A DNA stretch of 49,593 bases, from NCBI GenBank assembly GCA_030462125.1, contig JAKDZT010000001.1:1-49593 (forward strand). Direction: 5' to 3'. Source of the DNA: Tetragenococcus sp. Its GTDB lineage: Bacteria > Bacillota > Bacilli > Lactobacillales > Enterococcaceae. The translations under genes were made by a program, and so were the position numbers. The notes under the pieces are model-generated. The model was not told the DNA's origin, did not search any database, and saw only the letters and a program-made list of their open reading frames with translations. Of this stretch, positions 22,657 through 33,123 are shown piece after piece; position 1 is the stretch's first letter, and every line of letters begins with the position of its first letter.

Positions 22657-23565
22657 ATGGGAACAACCGTTATCAAACTAACAAAACAAAAATTAAAAGA
22701 AGCAGCGCAATATTACCAACCTTATACTACTTCACGTAAGATCCCTTACGCCAGTTTCTTTGCGAAAAAAGATGGTATCACTATTACCGCCTATAACTCA
22801 GGAAAAGTGATGTTTCAAGGCCCAAACGAAGAACAAGAAGCCTTATTATGGGAAAAGGCTCAACCCGCAAAAACTAAAAAATCAGCAGGCTTGCCCTCCA
22901 ATTTTGCACAAAAAAATATTATTGGCAGCGACGAAGTTGGTAATGGGAGTTATTTTGGACCCTTAGTCGTTTGTGCCGTTTACGCAGATAAAGCGCATTT
23001 AGACCCGCTAAAAAAATTGGGAGTTAAGGATTCTAAAATGCTAAATGACTCGCAGATTTTGAAACTCGCTCCTAAAATAAAAGGGCTTGTGCCTTATCAA
23101 AAACTCGTTGTTACACCGCAAAAGTACAACCAGATACAGCCGCAATATAATGCCGTACGTATGAAAGTGGCGTTACATAATCAGTGTATTCAACGACTAT
23201 TAGAAGAAATCAATCCTACAAAACCTGAAGGTATTTTAATTGATCAGTTTGCCCAAGAGTCCACTTATCGTAAGTACTTAAAGGATGAAAAAAATCCAGT
23301 CACACAAAACCTTTATTTTATCACTAAAGGAGAACAATATCATCTAGCCGTCGCAGCTGCATCCATTATCTGTCGGGCAGAATTTTTAAATTCACTCAAG
23401 CAACAATCGCAAGAAATAGGCATTGAACTACCTTCAGGAGCAGGAGCCCAATCAGACAAGCAAGCAGCCAAGATTATAAAAAAGGGCGGCGTTGAACTGT
23501 TAGCACATTATGCAAAGCTCCACTTCAAAAATACGGAGAAAGCAAAGAAAATAGCCGAAAGATAA
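22657..23565 (+). CDS. rnhC: Ribonuclease HIII
   Basis: N-terminal TBP-like YNSGKVMFQG, IGSDEVGNGSYFGP, GVKDSK, IDQF, AKLHFKNT. Confidence 0.95.
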   Translation: MGTTVIKLTKQKLKEAAQYYQPYTTSRKIPYASFFAKKDGITITAYNSGKVMFQGPNEEQEALLWEKAQPAKTKKSAGLPSNFAQKNIIGSDEVGNGSYFGPLVVCAVYADKAHLDPLKKLGVKDSKMLNDSQILKLAPKIKGLVPYQKLVVTPQKYNQIQPQYNAVRMKVALHNQCIQRLLEEINPTKPEGILIDQFAQESTYRKYLKDEKNPVTQNLYFITKGEQYHLAVAAASIICRAEFLNSLKQQSQEIGIELPSGAGAQSDKQAAKIIKKGGVELLAHYAKLHFKNTEKAKKIAER

Positions 23566-23575
23566 GATCTGTTTA

Positions 23576-24148
23576 TTAACCAAATTGAAAAACAATGCCA
23601 ATAAGAGCAGATAAAGCAATGAAGATCACTGGGTGCAGGTTTTTAAACAGCCTGTGCCTCATGACAAAAAATAAAACAATAGCTAAAACAAGCGACTGCC
23701 AGTTAATAAATCCAAGCCAATCTCCTGCAAAAAGTCGTGAGCTATCAAATAAATCCATCCATACAACAGAAAAGCCAGCTGCTGCGATAAGCGCGGTAGA
23801 AGCAGGTCTTAATCCGTAAAATACGGCATCAACATAAAAATTATTGCGAAATTTCGTTAAAAAGCCACCAATGATCATAATAATTAGGATGGCAGGAGAA
23901 ACAAGCCCAGCCGTGGCAATAATCCCTCCCACAGGGCCGACCGTTAAATACCCCACATAAGTCGCCATATTAACCCCGATTGCTCCAGGCGTTGATTCAG
24001 AAATAGCAATCATATCAGCTAGCTGGCCATAGGTAAACCAACCTGTTCGATCGGCTATATCATATAAAAAAGGCATCGTAGCCAGCCCACCGCCAACAGA
24101 AAATAACCCAGTCTTAAAAAATTCATAAAAAAGTTGTAGATAAATCAT
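23576..24148 (-). CDS. Short-chain chromate transporter (CHR family) subunit
   Basis: GLFSVGGG, ISESTPGAIGVN, GLRP motifs. Confidence 0.9.
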   Translation of the reverse strand: MIYLQLFYEFFKTGLFSVGGGLATMPFLYDIADRTGWFTYGQLADMIAISESTPGAIGVNMATYVGYLTVGPVGGIIATAGLVSPAILIIMIIGGFLTKFRNNFYVDAVFYGLRPASTALIAAAGFSVVWMDLFDSSRLFAGDWLGFINWQSLVLAIVLFFVMRHRLFKNLHPVIFIALSALIGIVFQFG

Positions 24149-24693
24149 TCTTGATGACGACTCCTTTCTTGCAATTTAGCAGCTACGCCAATAAAGCCAG
24201 CTAAAATAATGAATAATACAGGAGATAGACTGGTAGCAACCGATAATATAAAGATAAGAGCAAAAATGACGATCCCTACTTTATCTACAATTGAATTTTT
24301 CCAAAGTTTTAAAACAGCATTTAAAATCAAAACATACACACTCACACGAATACCAGCAAAAGCATTTTGTATGATAGCTAATTCGGAAAAATTCCTCATA
24401 AACATAGAAATTAAGGTAACGATAATATAGGAAGGAAAAACAAAACCCAGAGTCGCTACGATTCCTCCTAATGCGCCCTTTTTTTTCTGACCAATAAAAG
24501 TCGACGTATTGACGGCAATAATTCCTGGTGTTGTCTGACCAATCGCAAAATAATCGACAAGTTCTTCCTCTGTCGCCCATTTTTTTGTCTCAACAACTTC
24601 TCTTTGAAGAATAGGAAGCATTGCATAACCACCGCCAAAGGTTAATATGCCAATTCGACTAAAAGTTAAAAATAAATCAAAGAATATATTCAT
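24145..24693 (-). CDS. Short-chain chromate transporter (CHR family) subunit
   Basis: GILTFGGGYAM, GQTTPGIIAVN; ATGA overlap with partner gene. Confidence 0.9.
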   Translation of the reverse strand: MNIFFDLFLTFSRIGILTFGGGYAMLPILQREVVETKKWATEEELVDYFAIGQTTPGIIAVNTSTFIGQKKKGALGGIVATLGFVFPSYIIVTLISMFMRNFSELAIIQNAFAGIRVSVYVLILNAVLKLWKNSIVDKVGIVIFALIFILSVATSLSPVLFIILAGFIGVAAKLQERSRHQE

Positions 24694-24913
24694 AGGCCCC
24701 TCCTTAAGCATCCATACTCCAAATAAAATTTAATTTACAGATAGCGAAATCTTGTTAATTGATATATTAACATTAAGCCAATAACAAAACCAGAAAACTC
24801 CTGAAAAGTATGAAAATTAAATAGACTTACTCGCTTTGTACTATACAGTGATAAAGCAAGCTACTTTAACATTTCATTACTTACTAGTAAAATCATGCAG
24901 TGAGGTGTTCAAT

Positions 24914-25174
24914 ATGCAAAAAAATAATCGACAAGAATTAACCTTCACCCTATTCCATCATGATATAAAAATTGACGCATTTTATAATTTGTTGTACCAA
25001 GTAAACGATATAATCTTAGCTTTATTTTTTATTGTAGGTAGCTTTTTATTTTTTAAAGAATCAACTACTTTTTACGGTACTATTCTATTTGTTATTGGAA
25101 GTTTTCAACTTTTAATAAGACCGCTAATTATGATAAGTAGAGAAATTCATATACGTAGCCTAAAAAATAAATAA
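24914..25174 (+). CDS. YrhK-family small membrane protein
   Basis: NDIILALFFIVGSFLFF...LFVIGSFQLLIRP; GAGGTG RBS. Confidence 0.8.
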   Translation: MQKNNRQELTFTLFHHDIKIDAFYNLLYQVNDIILALFFIVGSFLFFKESTTFYGTILFVIGSFQLLIRPLIMISREIHIRSLKNK

Positions 25175-25251
25175 GCCCCGTTTTGTTAACTGAAAGCGTC
25201 ATTTGTTTTAGATCGAATGACCTTAAAAAATTTGAATAATGCAAATTTCTC

Positions 25252-25280
25252 TTGTGTATGTGTTTAATTTGAATTATAAT
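25252..25280 (+). promoter_or_regulatory. SigA promoter of tRNA-Gly
   Basis: TTGTGT-17-TATAAT, 13 nt upstream of the tRNA. Confidence 0.65.
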
Positions 25281-25293
25281 AGTTTTTGTTGCT

Positions 25294-25364
25294 GCGGGTG
25301 TAGTTTAGTGGTAAAACAGAAGCTTCCCAAGCTTCCGTCGCGAGTTCGATTCTCGTCACCCGCT
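25294..25364 (+). tRNA. tRNA-Gly(CCC)
   Basis: Acceptor GCGGGTG/CACCCGC, anticodon arm GAAGC-TTCCCAA-GCTTC, T arm GCGAG-TTCGATT-CTCGT; CCA not encoded. Confidence 0.96.
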
Positions 25365-25413
25365 TAGTTTTGAAATTTATTTTTCTAGATTTGTTATAAG
25401 GAATAAAAAACAT

Positions 25414-25454
25414 AAAAAAGTGGAGATCAGTATTAACTGATCTCCACTTTTTTT
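25414..25454. terminator. Bidirectional terminator (opuABC / tRNA-Gly)
   Basis: AAAAAAGTGGAGATCAGT...ACTGATCTCCACTTTTTTT. Confidence 0.85.
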
Positions 25455-25466
25455 GTTTAAACGACT

Positions 25467-27224
25467 TTATTCTGCGTCCTCTGTCCATTCTTCTACTTTA
25501 TCTGGGTTATCATCGATCCAGTCTTGAGCTGCTTCTTCAGGGTCTTGACCTTCTTCAATAGCTAACATTACTGTCTCAATATCATCTGTTTCCCAATAGA
25601 AGTTATCTAATACGCTGTAAGCTTCTGGCATATCGTCTTCTAGTCCTTCGCGGGCTAACGTATCAATATGTTCAGCTTCTCCCATCGTACCTTCAGGATC
25701 ATCAAGATAGTTCAAATCATATCTTTGGAACATCCAGTGCGGTGACCAAGCGGTAATAGCGATTGGTTCTTCATTTTGCATGGCACTACCCAATTGTGAA
25801 GTCATGGCACCACTAGAAGTAGGTGTAACTTCCCAATCGGATAAATTGTCATAAGTGTCAACTGTTTCTTCCGCCGCGTTAACTACACCAGCGCCAGGTT
25901 CAATACCGACAATCTCTTTATCAGGAATTTGATCATCTAGATCTTCAATGGAATCAGCATCCACATAGTCAGGAACAGCGATCCCAAGATTAGCCCCTTC
26001 AAGGTTAGGCCCTAATTCATCCACTTGATCCTTGAATTGATCATATTGTGGCTTTTGGGTAACAGGTAGCCAAGCAGATAATGTAGCATCTGATTCGCCG
26101 TTGGACACAGCTTCCCAGTTGACCGCATTATCTAATGGCGTCATACTAACTGTATAACCCATATCTTCTAAAACTAGAGCCATAACATTGGTAGAAGCAA
26201 CTTCTGTATCCCATTCAACATAGGATAAATTAATATTCCCTTTATTTGCAGCGGCGTCATCATCTGAACCACCGCTAGTTGCATATACTGCGATACCTGC
26301 GATAACTACTGCTGCTATAACGACACCAGCAATAATTTTATTACGTTTTGATTTTTTAGTGGATGCGTCTTTACTTGTTTTGGCACTTGACGAATTCAGT
26401 TTTTGCGTGAAGCGATCCAAGATAATTGCTAAAATAACAACCGCTATACCATAAACAAATCCACTACCTACTTGCGAACGTTGCACAGCAGATAAGACGC
26501 CTTGTCCAAGACCAGGAGCTCCGATCATAGATGCAACAACAACCATCGATAATGCTAACATCATTGTTTGGTTAATGCCGGCAAAGATATTCCCTTTAGC
26601 TAAAGGTAGTTCTAATTTAAATAGTTTTTGCCAACTCGTTCCACCAAAAGAGTCCGAAGCTTCCGTTAGTTCAGTTGGCACTTGGCGAATGCCCAAGTTT
26701 GTCATCCGTACAGTTGGCGGTAGTGAAAAGATGACTGAAGCGAATGCCCCAGGAACCATTCCAATACCAAAAAAGGCAACGGCTGGAATTAAATAAACAA
26801 AGTTAGGCATGGTTTGCATAAAGTCAAGAACTGGCGTAATGATATTTTTTGCCGTTTCATTTTTAGACATTAAAATCCCTACTGGAACGCCAATAACTAC
26901 AGAGATCACACTAGCTACAATAACCAGTGTTACCGTGTTTAACAAATCGCCCCATAAATCTTGATTATAGACAAGTAGTAAACCAAGCAATGTAAATGTA
27001 GGCAACTGCCATTTCTTTCCACCAAGGAAAAATGCTAATACTGTAAGTATTACAATAAATAATAATGGCGGTATAGCTGATAAACCAGTTGTCATCCCAT
27101 CCATTATGGTTTCTCCCACCGTTTGCAAGAATGAGAAAAACGCTGCCCAATGTTCAGTTAGCCAATCAACACCAGAATCCACCCATTCAGAAAGTGGGAT
27201 TGTTTGTTGTAGAAAATCAAGCAC
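25467..27224 (-). CDS. opuAB: Glycine betaine ABC transporter, fused permease and substrate-binding domain (OpuABC/BusAB)
   Basis: ProW-like permease ([17 protein letters not shown]-like motif MIGAPGLG), signal-anchor linker, OpuAC domain with VEWD, AWLP, WSPHW. Confidence 0.93.
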   Translation of the reverse strand: MLDFLQQTIPLSEWVDSGVDWLTEHWAAFFSFLQTVGETIMDGMTTGLSAIPPLLFIVILTVLAFFLGGKKWQLPTFTLLGLLLVYNQDLWGDLLNTVTLVIVASVISVVIGVPVGILMSKNETAKNIITPVLDFMQTMPNFVYLIPAVAFFGIGMVPGAFASVIFSLPPTVRMTNLGIRQVPTELTEASDSFGGTSWQKLFKLELPLAKGNIFAGINQTMMLALSMVVVASMIGAPGLGQGVLSAVQRSQVGSGFVYGIAVVILAIILDRFTQKLNSSSAKTSKDASTKKSKRNKIIAGVVIAAVVIAGIAVYATSGGSDDDAAANKGNINLSYVEWDTEVASTNVMALVLEDMGYTVSMTPLDNAVNWEAVSNGESDATLSAWLPVTQKPQYDQFKDQVDELGPNLEGANLGIAVPDYVDADSIEDLDDQIPDKEIVGIEPGAGVVNAAEETVDTYDNLSDWEVTPTSSGAMTSQLGSAMQNEEPIAITAWSPHWMFQRYDLNYLDDPEGTMGEAEHIDTLAREGLEDDMPEAYSVLDNFYWETDDIETVMLAIEEGQDPEEAAQDWIDDNPDKVEEWTEDAE

Positions 27225-28467
27225 CTGCGTTCACTCCTTCCTCTTCGGTTGTTTCTTCAGTTTCGTTTTCACCGTTATCATTATCGGTATCCGTATCCGT
27301 CATAGCACCGATAACGCTACCGCGAACAACGACGCCTGCGACTCTGTCGTCTTCATCCACAACTGCTAGAGGAGCTGCAGAATCATAAATCATGTTAAAA
27401 ATGTCAGTCACTAAGGTATCTTTTTGGACTTTCTGTACATTTTTATCCAATACCTCTTTAAGCGTCTTCTCATTTTTACGAGCATCAAGGGCTTCTTCTG
27501 CCGTTACGCTCCCTTTTAAATATCGTTTGCGATCGACGGCTAGCAACATACTAACTTCTTCTTTACGCATCCGTTGTAAAGCAACATTAGGACCATCCGA
27601 CTCAACATTAATTGTAAAGGCGGGTTCCATAATATTTTCAGCAGTTAAAACTTTTGACCGGTCGATATCTTCGGTAAATTCGCGAACAAAATCATTGGCT
27701 GGGTTCGTTAAAATTTCTTCCCCAGTACCAATTTGCATGATTTCGCCATCACGCATCAACGCAATACGGTCACCAATACGTAAGGCTTCATTCAAATCGT
27801 GGGTAATGAAAATGATCGTTTTTTGGACTCTTTCTTGTAAGTCCATTAGATCATCTTGCATATCGCGACGGATCAATGGGTCTAAGGCAGAGAACGCTTC
27901 GTCCATTAATAAAATTTCTGGATCGTTAGCTATTGCGCGCGCTAAACCAACACGTTGTTGCATCCCACCAGATAGCTGACTAGGATATTGGTCTTTAACC
28001 GAAAGTAAACCAGAATTTTCTAAAGCATCTTCTGCTTTTTTCTGACGTTCTTCTTTTGCTACGCCGCGTACTTCCAAACCATATTCGGTATTTTCCAAAA
28101 TTGTTCTTTGCGGAAAAAGTCCGAAGTTTTGAAAGACCATATTGAGTTTTGTACGACGAACTTCACGTAAATCTTCTTTTGACATTTTCGCTACATCATC
28201 GTCATCAATATAAACTTCGCCTGACGTTGGTTCGATTAAGCGATTGATCATCCGTACTAGAGTAGATTTCCCACTACCAGATAATCCCATGATCACAAAA
28301 ACTTCGCCCTCGTTGACATCAAAGCTGACATCATGAACACCAACTGTAGCACCGGTTTCTTCCAGGATTTCTTGTTTGGATTTTCCTGCTTTTACCTGTT
28401 CAAGGGCTTGTTGAGTTCTTCGGCCAAACACTTTAGTCAAATGTTCTATCCGAACTTTTTTACTCAA
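27217..28467 (-). CDS. opuAA: Glycine betaine ABC transporter ATPase with tandem CBS domains (copy 1)
   Basis: [37 protein letters not shown] pair, acidic tail; TTG start. Confidence 0.95.
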   Translation of the reverse strand: MSKKVRIEHLTKVFGRRTQQALEQVKAGKSKQEILEETGATVGVHDVSFDVNEGEVFVIMGLSGSGKSTLVRMINRLIEPTSGEVYIDDDDVAKMSKEDLREVRRTKLNMVFQNFGLFPQRTILENTEYGLEVRGVAKEERQKKAEDALENSGLLSVKDQYPSQLSGGMQQRVGLARAIANDPEILLMDEAFSALDPLIRRDMQDDLMDLQERVQKTIIFITHDLNEALRIGDRIALMRDGEIMQIGTGEEILTNPANDFVREFTEDIDRSKVLTAENIMEPAFTINVESDGPNVALQRMRKEEVSMLLAVDRKRYLKGSVTAEEALDARKNEKTLKEVLDKNVQKVQKDTLVTDIFNMIYDSAAPLAVVDEDDRVAGVVVRGSVIGAMTDTDTDNDNGENETEETTEEEGVNAGA

Positions 28468-28514
28468 AAATAATCACTCCTTCTTCTATTATATCTTTTT
28501 CTGAAAATTACATA

Positions 28515-28557
28515 AAAATGCCTATACTATCGTAACGCCGGATTGTCTCTTTGTCAA
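28515..28557 (-). promoter_or_regulatory. opuA copy-1 promoter with degenerate BusR operator
   Basis: TTGACA(28552-28557)-17-TACGAT(28529-28534); overlapping AAAATGCC-N22-GTCTCTTT at 28515-28552. Confidence 0.7.
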
Positions 28558-28588
28558 AAAAGACAATTCATTTATAACGTAACTTTTT

Positions 28589-29245
28589 CTAAGCATCGCT
28601 GTCACTATCCGGATAGAAAAGATGTTTCATGCGTTGCATACTTAGCTCATGTCCCATAAAATAAACCGTATTACCGGCACTTAATTTGGCATAGGGTCCT
28701 GGCGAAAGTAATAATTCTGTATCCGTTTGAATACCCACAATTGTCGCACCCGTTTTCTGCCAAATATGCAAATCAGCCACGCTTTCTTCTAAATGTTGAG
28801 CTTCTGCGGTCAACTTTAGTTCAAAAGGAACAAACGTCGAAATATCATGTACTCTTTTCGTTTGGTTAACAAGAGTATTTAATGTCTCAGAAAAATGATC
28901 TAATTCTTCTCTTTGTCTTTCAATACTTTCTAAAAGATCCTGGCGGATTTCTTGTGTCGATTGCACGTTTTTAAATTTTTCCACAAAGATTTCCGCATTT
29001 TCGCGAGAAGTGATATAGGTTCCGCTGCCTTGTTGGACTTCCATAATGTCCAAATCCACCAAAACATTAATCGCTTTACGAGCCGTCTCAGCAGAAGCAT
29101 TAAAATTACTTGCTAGAGTGGAACGCGCATGAACTTTTTGACCTACTTTATACCGATTCTCAACAATTCGCTCAGCGATTTCTACAGCAATCTGCTGGTA
29201 ACGTGGTAATGAAACGCGTTTCTTCGGTTTTAAATTTTTTTCCAT
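28589..29245 (-). CDS. busR: BusR, GntR wHTH plus RCK_C (TrkA-C) c-di-AMP-responsive repressor
   Basis: PRYQQIA, RSTLASNF..S.ETARKA, WQKTGATIVGI, LSPGPYA; located within opuA locus. Confidence 0.9.
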   Translation of the reverse strand: MEKNLKPKKRVSLPRYQQIAVEIAERIVENRYKVGQKVHARSTLASNFNASAETARKAINVLVDLDIMEVQQGSGTYITSRENAEIFVEKFKNVQSTQEIRQDLLESIERQREELDHFSETLNTLVNQTKRVHDISTFVPFELKLTAEAQHLEESVADLHIWQKTGATIVGIQTDTELLLSPGPYAKLSAGNTVYFMGHELSMQRMKHLFYPDSDSDA

Positions 29246-29400
29246 AAGCCTTTTCTCCCAGCTTTTTTCAATTGTATTTTGCGCAAGCAATAATAACATG
29301 ATTATTAAAAAGAAAGCAAGCAATGACCGTTTTGAGGAGGGTTACTTTTAAGTTCCACTTGTTGAAAAGCCTATAGATTTGTTATAAGTCTTATAAGCAT

Positions 29401-29442
29401 AAAAAAAGCGGAAATCAGTTATAACTGATCTCCACTTTTTTT
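29401..29442 (-). terminator. opuAC terminator (paralog of 25414-25454)
   Basis: AAAAAAAGCGGAAATCAGTT...AACTGATCTCCACTTTTTTT. Confidence 0.75.
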
Positions 29443-29454
29443 ATTTAATAGACG

Positions 29455-30345
29455 TTATTCAGCGTCTGCTGTCCATTCGTCTACCTTGTCTTGATTGTCT
29501 TCGATCCAATCTTGAGCAGCATCTTCTGGATCAGTACCGTCTTCAATATCTAGCATAACGGTGTTCATGTCTTCTTCATCCCATTCGAAGTTATCTAATA
29601 CACTGTAAACTTCAGGCATGTCATCTTCTAAACCTTCACGAACCATGGTATGGATACTTTCTGCATCTCCCATTGTTCCTTCAGGATCATCTAGATATTT
29701 AAGGTCATATCTTTCAAACATCCAATGTGGTGACCATCCTGTAATAGCGATTGGGTCTTCGTTTTGGATGGCACTTCCTAATTGTGAAGTCATTGCCCCA
29801 CTAGAAGATGGCGTAACTTCCCAATCGGATAAGTTATCGTATGTTTCTACTGTATCTTCCGCTGCACTAACCACGCCGGCGCCTGGTTCAATACCAATGA
29901 TTTCTTGGTCTGGAACTTGGTCGTCTAAATCCTCAATGGAATCTACATCCATGTATTCAGGTACAACGATACCTAATTGTGCCGCATCTGGTAAGTTTGG
30001 ACCTAAGTCTTCAACATCGTCACCAAATTCTTCGTATTGTGCTTCGTGTGTAACAGGCAACCAACCAGCTACCATACCGTCTGATTCACCATTAGCCACT
30101 GCTTCCCACATGACTGAGTTATCTAATGGTGTGATGTTTACATCATAACCCAAATCTTCTAACACGCGGGCTACAACGTTAGTAGAAGCTACTTCTGTAT
30201 CCCATTCAACATAGGACAATTCGACAGTATCACCGCCGCCATTGCCACCGCCTTCTGCATCGCCGTTGTCTCCTCCACCGTTACTGCATGCCGCAAGTAA
30301 TAATGTGGAACTCAATGCCAACATACCTACTAACTTCTTCTTCAA
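29455..30345 (-). CDS. opuAC: Glycine betaine ABC transporter substrate-binding lipoprotein
   Basis: Lipobox LAAC, Gly-rich linker, VEWD, GWLPVTH, GIEPGAG, GWSPHW; TTG start with AAAGGA RBS. Confidence 0.93.
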   Translation of the reverse strand: MKKKLVGMLALSSTLLLAACSNGGGDNGDAEGGGNGGGDTVELSYVEWDTEVASTNVVARVLEDLGYDVNITPLDNSVMWEAVANGESDGMVAGWLPVTHEAQYEEFGDDVEDLGPNLPDAAQLGIVVPEYMDVDSIEDLDDQVPDQEIIGIEPGAGVVSAAEDTVETYDNLSDWEVTPSSSGAMTSQLGSAIQNEDPIAITGWSPHWMFERYDLKYLDDPEGTMGDAESIHTMVREGLEDDMPEVYSVLDNFEWDEEDMNTVMLDIEDGTDPEDAAQDWIEDNQDKVDEWTADAE

Positions 30346-30585
30346 AATACAACATCCTTTCATAATTTTTTAAAAATTGTAAAACAATTTTTATTAGCTA
30401 ATTTATTAAAAAGACAAGAAAAATAAGCAAAAACTTTCTACCGTACAAATCTTTTACTTGTCTCATTCAATTTTCCCCAACTTTCAACGAATCTGTTGTT
30501 ATTAACAACGTAATTTCAATCTTTTTTTCGTTAAAAGTCGACTACTTATTCAACCTTCACATCGATCATTTCTTTACTTTAATTT

Positions 30586-31446
30586 TTAATCTTCACTTGA
30601 GCTGTTAGCATTCGTATTAAATTTTTGTGTAAAACGGTCCATAATGATTGCTAAAATAACAATCGCTATACCGTAAACAAAACCATTACCTACTTGGGAA
30701 CGTTGCACAGCGGATAGAACACCTTGTCCTAAACCTGGTGCTCCGATCATGGAGGCAATAACAACCATGGATAAAGCCAACATTAACGTTTGGTTAATAC
30801 CCGCAAAGATATTTCCTTTTGCTAAAGGCATTTCAACTTTAAATAACTTTTGCCAACCCGTACCACCAAATGAATCTGAAGCTTCCACTAATTCGGTTGG
30901 CACTTGGCGGATACCCAAGTTTGTCATCCGTACGGTTGGTGGTAATGAAAAGATAACCGAAGCAAATACCCCAGGGACCATTCCAATACCAAAGAAAGCA
31001 ACAGCCGGAATTAAGTAAACAAAACCAGGCATGGTCTGCATAAAGTCAAGAATCGGTGTGATAATACTTTGCGCTGTTGCGCTTTTAGACATTAAGATGC
31101 CCACAGGAACCCCAATAATAACAGAAATCAAACTCGAGATAATAACTAGCGTAACAGTATTCATCAAATCAGACCATAAGTCTTGATTGTAAATAAGCAG
31201 TAATCCAAGCAATGTAAACGTTGGTAATTGCCACTTCTTTCCACCAAGGAAGAATGCTAATACTGTTATTATCAAAATAAACAGTAACGGGTGGATCATT
31301 GACAATCCGTTCGTCATCCCATCCATTATATTTTGTCCCAATGTTTGTAAGAAGGAGAAGAATGCCGACCAATTTTCTGTTAGCCAATCAACCCCGTCTT
31401 CGACCCATTCAGCAAGTGGGATTTCATTTTGTAGAAAATCAAGCAT
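30586..31446 (-). CDS. opuAB: Glycine betaine ABC transporter permease (stand-alone)
   Basis: [23 protein letters not shown]; close paralog of N-half of 25467-27224. Confidence 0.94.
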   Translation of the reverse strand: MLDFLQNEIPLAEWVEDGVDWLTENWSAFFSFLQTLGQNIMDGMTNGLSMIHPLLFILIITVLAFFLGGKKWQLPTFTLLGLLLIYNQDLWSDLMNTVTLVIISSLISVIIGVPVGILMSKSATAQSIITPILDFMQTMPGFVYLIPAVAFFGIGMVPGVFASVIFSLPPTVRMTNLGIRQVPTELVEASDSFGGTGWQKLFKVEMPLAKGNIFAGINQTLMLALSMVVIASMIGAPGLGQGVLSAVQRSQVGNGFVYGIAIVILAIIMDRFTQKFNTNANSSSED

Positions 31447-32692
31447 CTGCGCTCACTCCTTCCTTTTCAGCTGTCTCTTCAGTTTCAGCCTCAGTCTCAG
31501 TTCCTTTTTCATCATCGGTATCAGTCATAGCACCGATGACACTACCACGAACAACGACGCCTACGACCCGATCTTCTTCATCCACAACTGCTAGGGGAGC
31601 TGCAGAGTCATAAATCATGTCGAAAATATCTGTTACTAAGGTATCTTTTTCAACTTTACGCACATTTTTATCCAATACCTCTTTGAGTGTCTTGTCATTT
31701 TTACGTGCATCGAGCGCCTCTTCTGCTGTTAAGCTACCTTTTAAGTAACGGCTTCGATCGACGGCTAACAACATACTAATTTCTTCTTTCCGCATCCGTT
31801 GTAAAGCAACATTAGGACCATCGGCTTCGACATTGATCGTCAAAGCAGGTTCCATAATATTTTCAGCTGTCAAGACTTTCGAACGGTCAATATCTTCGGT
31901 AAATTCACGAACAAAATCGTTGGCTGGATGAGTCAAGATTTCTTCTCCAGTACCGATTTGCATGATTTCACCATCACGCATCAACGCGATACGATCACCA
32001 ATACGCAAAGCTTCGTTCAGATCGTGGGTAATGAAAATAATTGTTTTTTGGACTCTTTGTTGTAAATCTATTAGATCATCTTGCATATCCCGACGAATCA
32101 ATGGGTCTAAGGCAGAGAACGCTTCGTCCATTAACAGAACTTCGGGGTCATTGGCTAGCGCGCGAGCTAAACCAACACGTTGTTGCATACCACCAGACAA
32201 TTGATTAGGATATTGGTCTTTGACCGAAAGCAAGCCAGAATTATCTAAAGCCTCTTCCGCCTTTTTTTGCCGTTCTTCTTTTCCTATACCGCGTACTTCC
32301 AAACCGTATTCGGTGTTTTGTAAAATGGTCCTTTGCGGAAAAAGTCCGAAATTTTGAAAAACCATATTTGCTTTCGTACGACGAACTTCACGTAGGTCTT
32401 CTTTCGACATTTTCGCTACATCATCGTCGTCAATATAAACTGCACCTGACGTTGGCTCGATCAAGCGATTGATCATACGTACTAAAGTTGATTTTCCACT
32501 ACCAGACAACCCCATAATCACGAAGACTTCGCCATCATTGACATCAAAGCTGACATCATGAACACCAACTGTAGCTCCGGTTTCTTTCAGGATTTCTTGT
32601 TTGGATTTTCCTGCTTTCACCTGTTCAAGCGCTTGTTGAGTCCTTCTGCCAAATATTTTGGTCAGATGTTCGACTCGAACTTTTTTACTCAA
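31439..32692 (-). CDS. opuAA: Glycine betaine ABC transporter ATPase with CBS domains (copy 2)
   Basis: Near-identical protein to 27217-28467; TTG start with AAGGAG RBS. Confidence 0.95.
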   Translation of the reverse strand: MSKKVRVEHLTKIFGRRTQQALEQVKAGKSKQEILKETGATVGVHDVSFDVNDGEVFVIMGLSGSGKSTLVRMINRLIEPTSGAVYIDDDDVAKMSKEDLREVRRTKANMVFQNFGLFPQRTILQNTEYGLEVRGIGKEERQKKAEEALDNSGLLSVKDQYPNQLSGGMQQRVGLARALANDPEVLLMDEAFSALDPLIRRDMQDDLIDLQQRVQKTIIFITHDLNEALRIGDRIALMRDGEIMQIGTGEEILTHPANDFVREFTEDIDRSKVLTAENIMEPALTINVEADGPNVALQRMRKEEISMLLAVDRSRYLKGSLTAEEALDARKNDKTLKEVLDKNVRKVEKDTLVTDIFDMIYDSAAPLAVVDEEDRVVGVVVRGSVIGAMTDTDDEKGTETEAETEETAEKEGVSADA

Positions 32693-32740
32693 AGTAAACA
32701 CTCCTTCTTTTATTTATACCCTTTTCAGAAAACTTCTATG

Positions 32741-32783
32741 AAAGTGACCTTACTATAGTAACAACAAGTGGGCACTTTGTCAA
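32741..32783 (-). promoter_or_regulatory. opuA copy-2 promoter with BusR bipartite operator
   Basis: TTGACA(32778-32783)-17-TACTAT(32755-32760) with extended TG; AAAGTGAC-N22-GGCACTTT at 32741-32778. Confidence 0.8.
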
Positions 32784-33123
32784 AAAAAGTGCAACATTTA
32801 TAGCAACAATTTGCTCTATTAAGTCCTTAAATACTTTATATGTCCCTTCTCGGACAAGGCATTGTACTGTTGTAGTTATTTATCTACTTTTAATAGATTT
32901 CAGCAATAACTAAGGCAATTCATTAACCACACAAAATGAAAAACATTTCGTAGAATTTCGTTCTTTGGTCCTAGTTTTTCTCTCGATTTCTTAATGGGCT
33001 TTTAAAGATAGTACCATAATAACGAGTAAAAAGAAAACACATAGCACAATTTTTTCAATATTCAATGCCCAATTGAAAAAAAGAGAGCATTGAATGATAA
33101 TAAAGATAAGGAGGAACAAACCT

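Noticed and set aside
23576-24693. Chromate transporter pair as a mobile resistance cassette
   Set aside because: Short-chain CHR pairs are common chromosomal genes in Firmicutes and no mobility signatures flank them.
11781-25364. Prophage or integrative element at either tRNA
   Set aside because: No integrase, no duplicated tRNA 3' end seen, and the intervening genes are housekeeping.
25264-25488. 74-aa minus-strand ORF
   Set aside because: Antisense translation across tRNA-Gly and a terminator.
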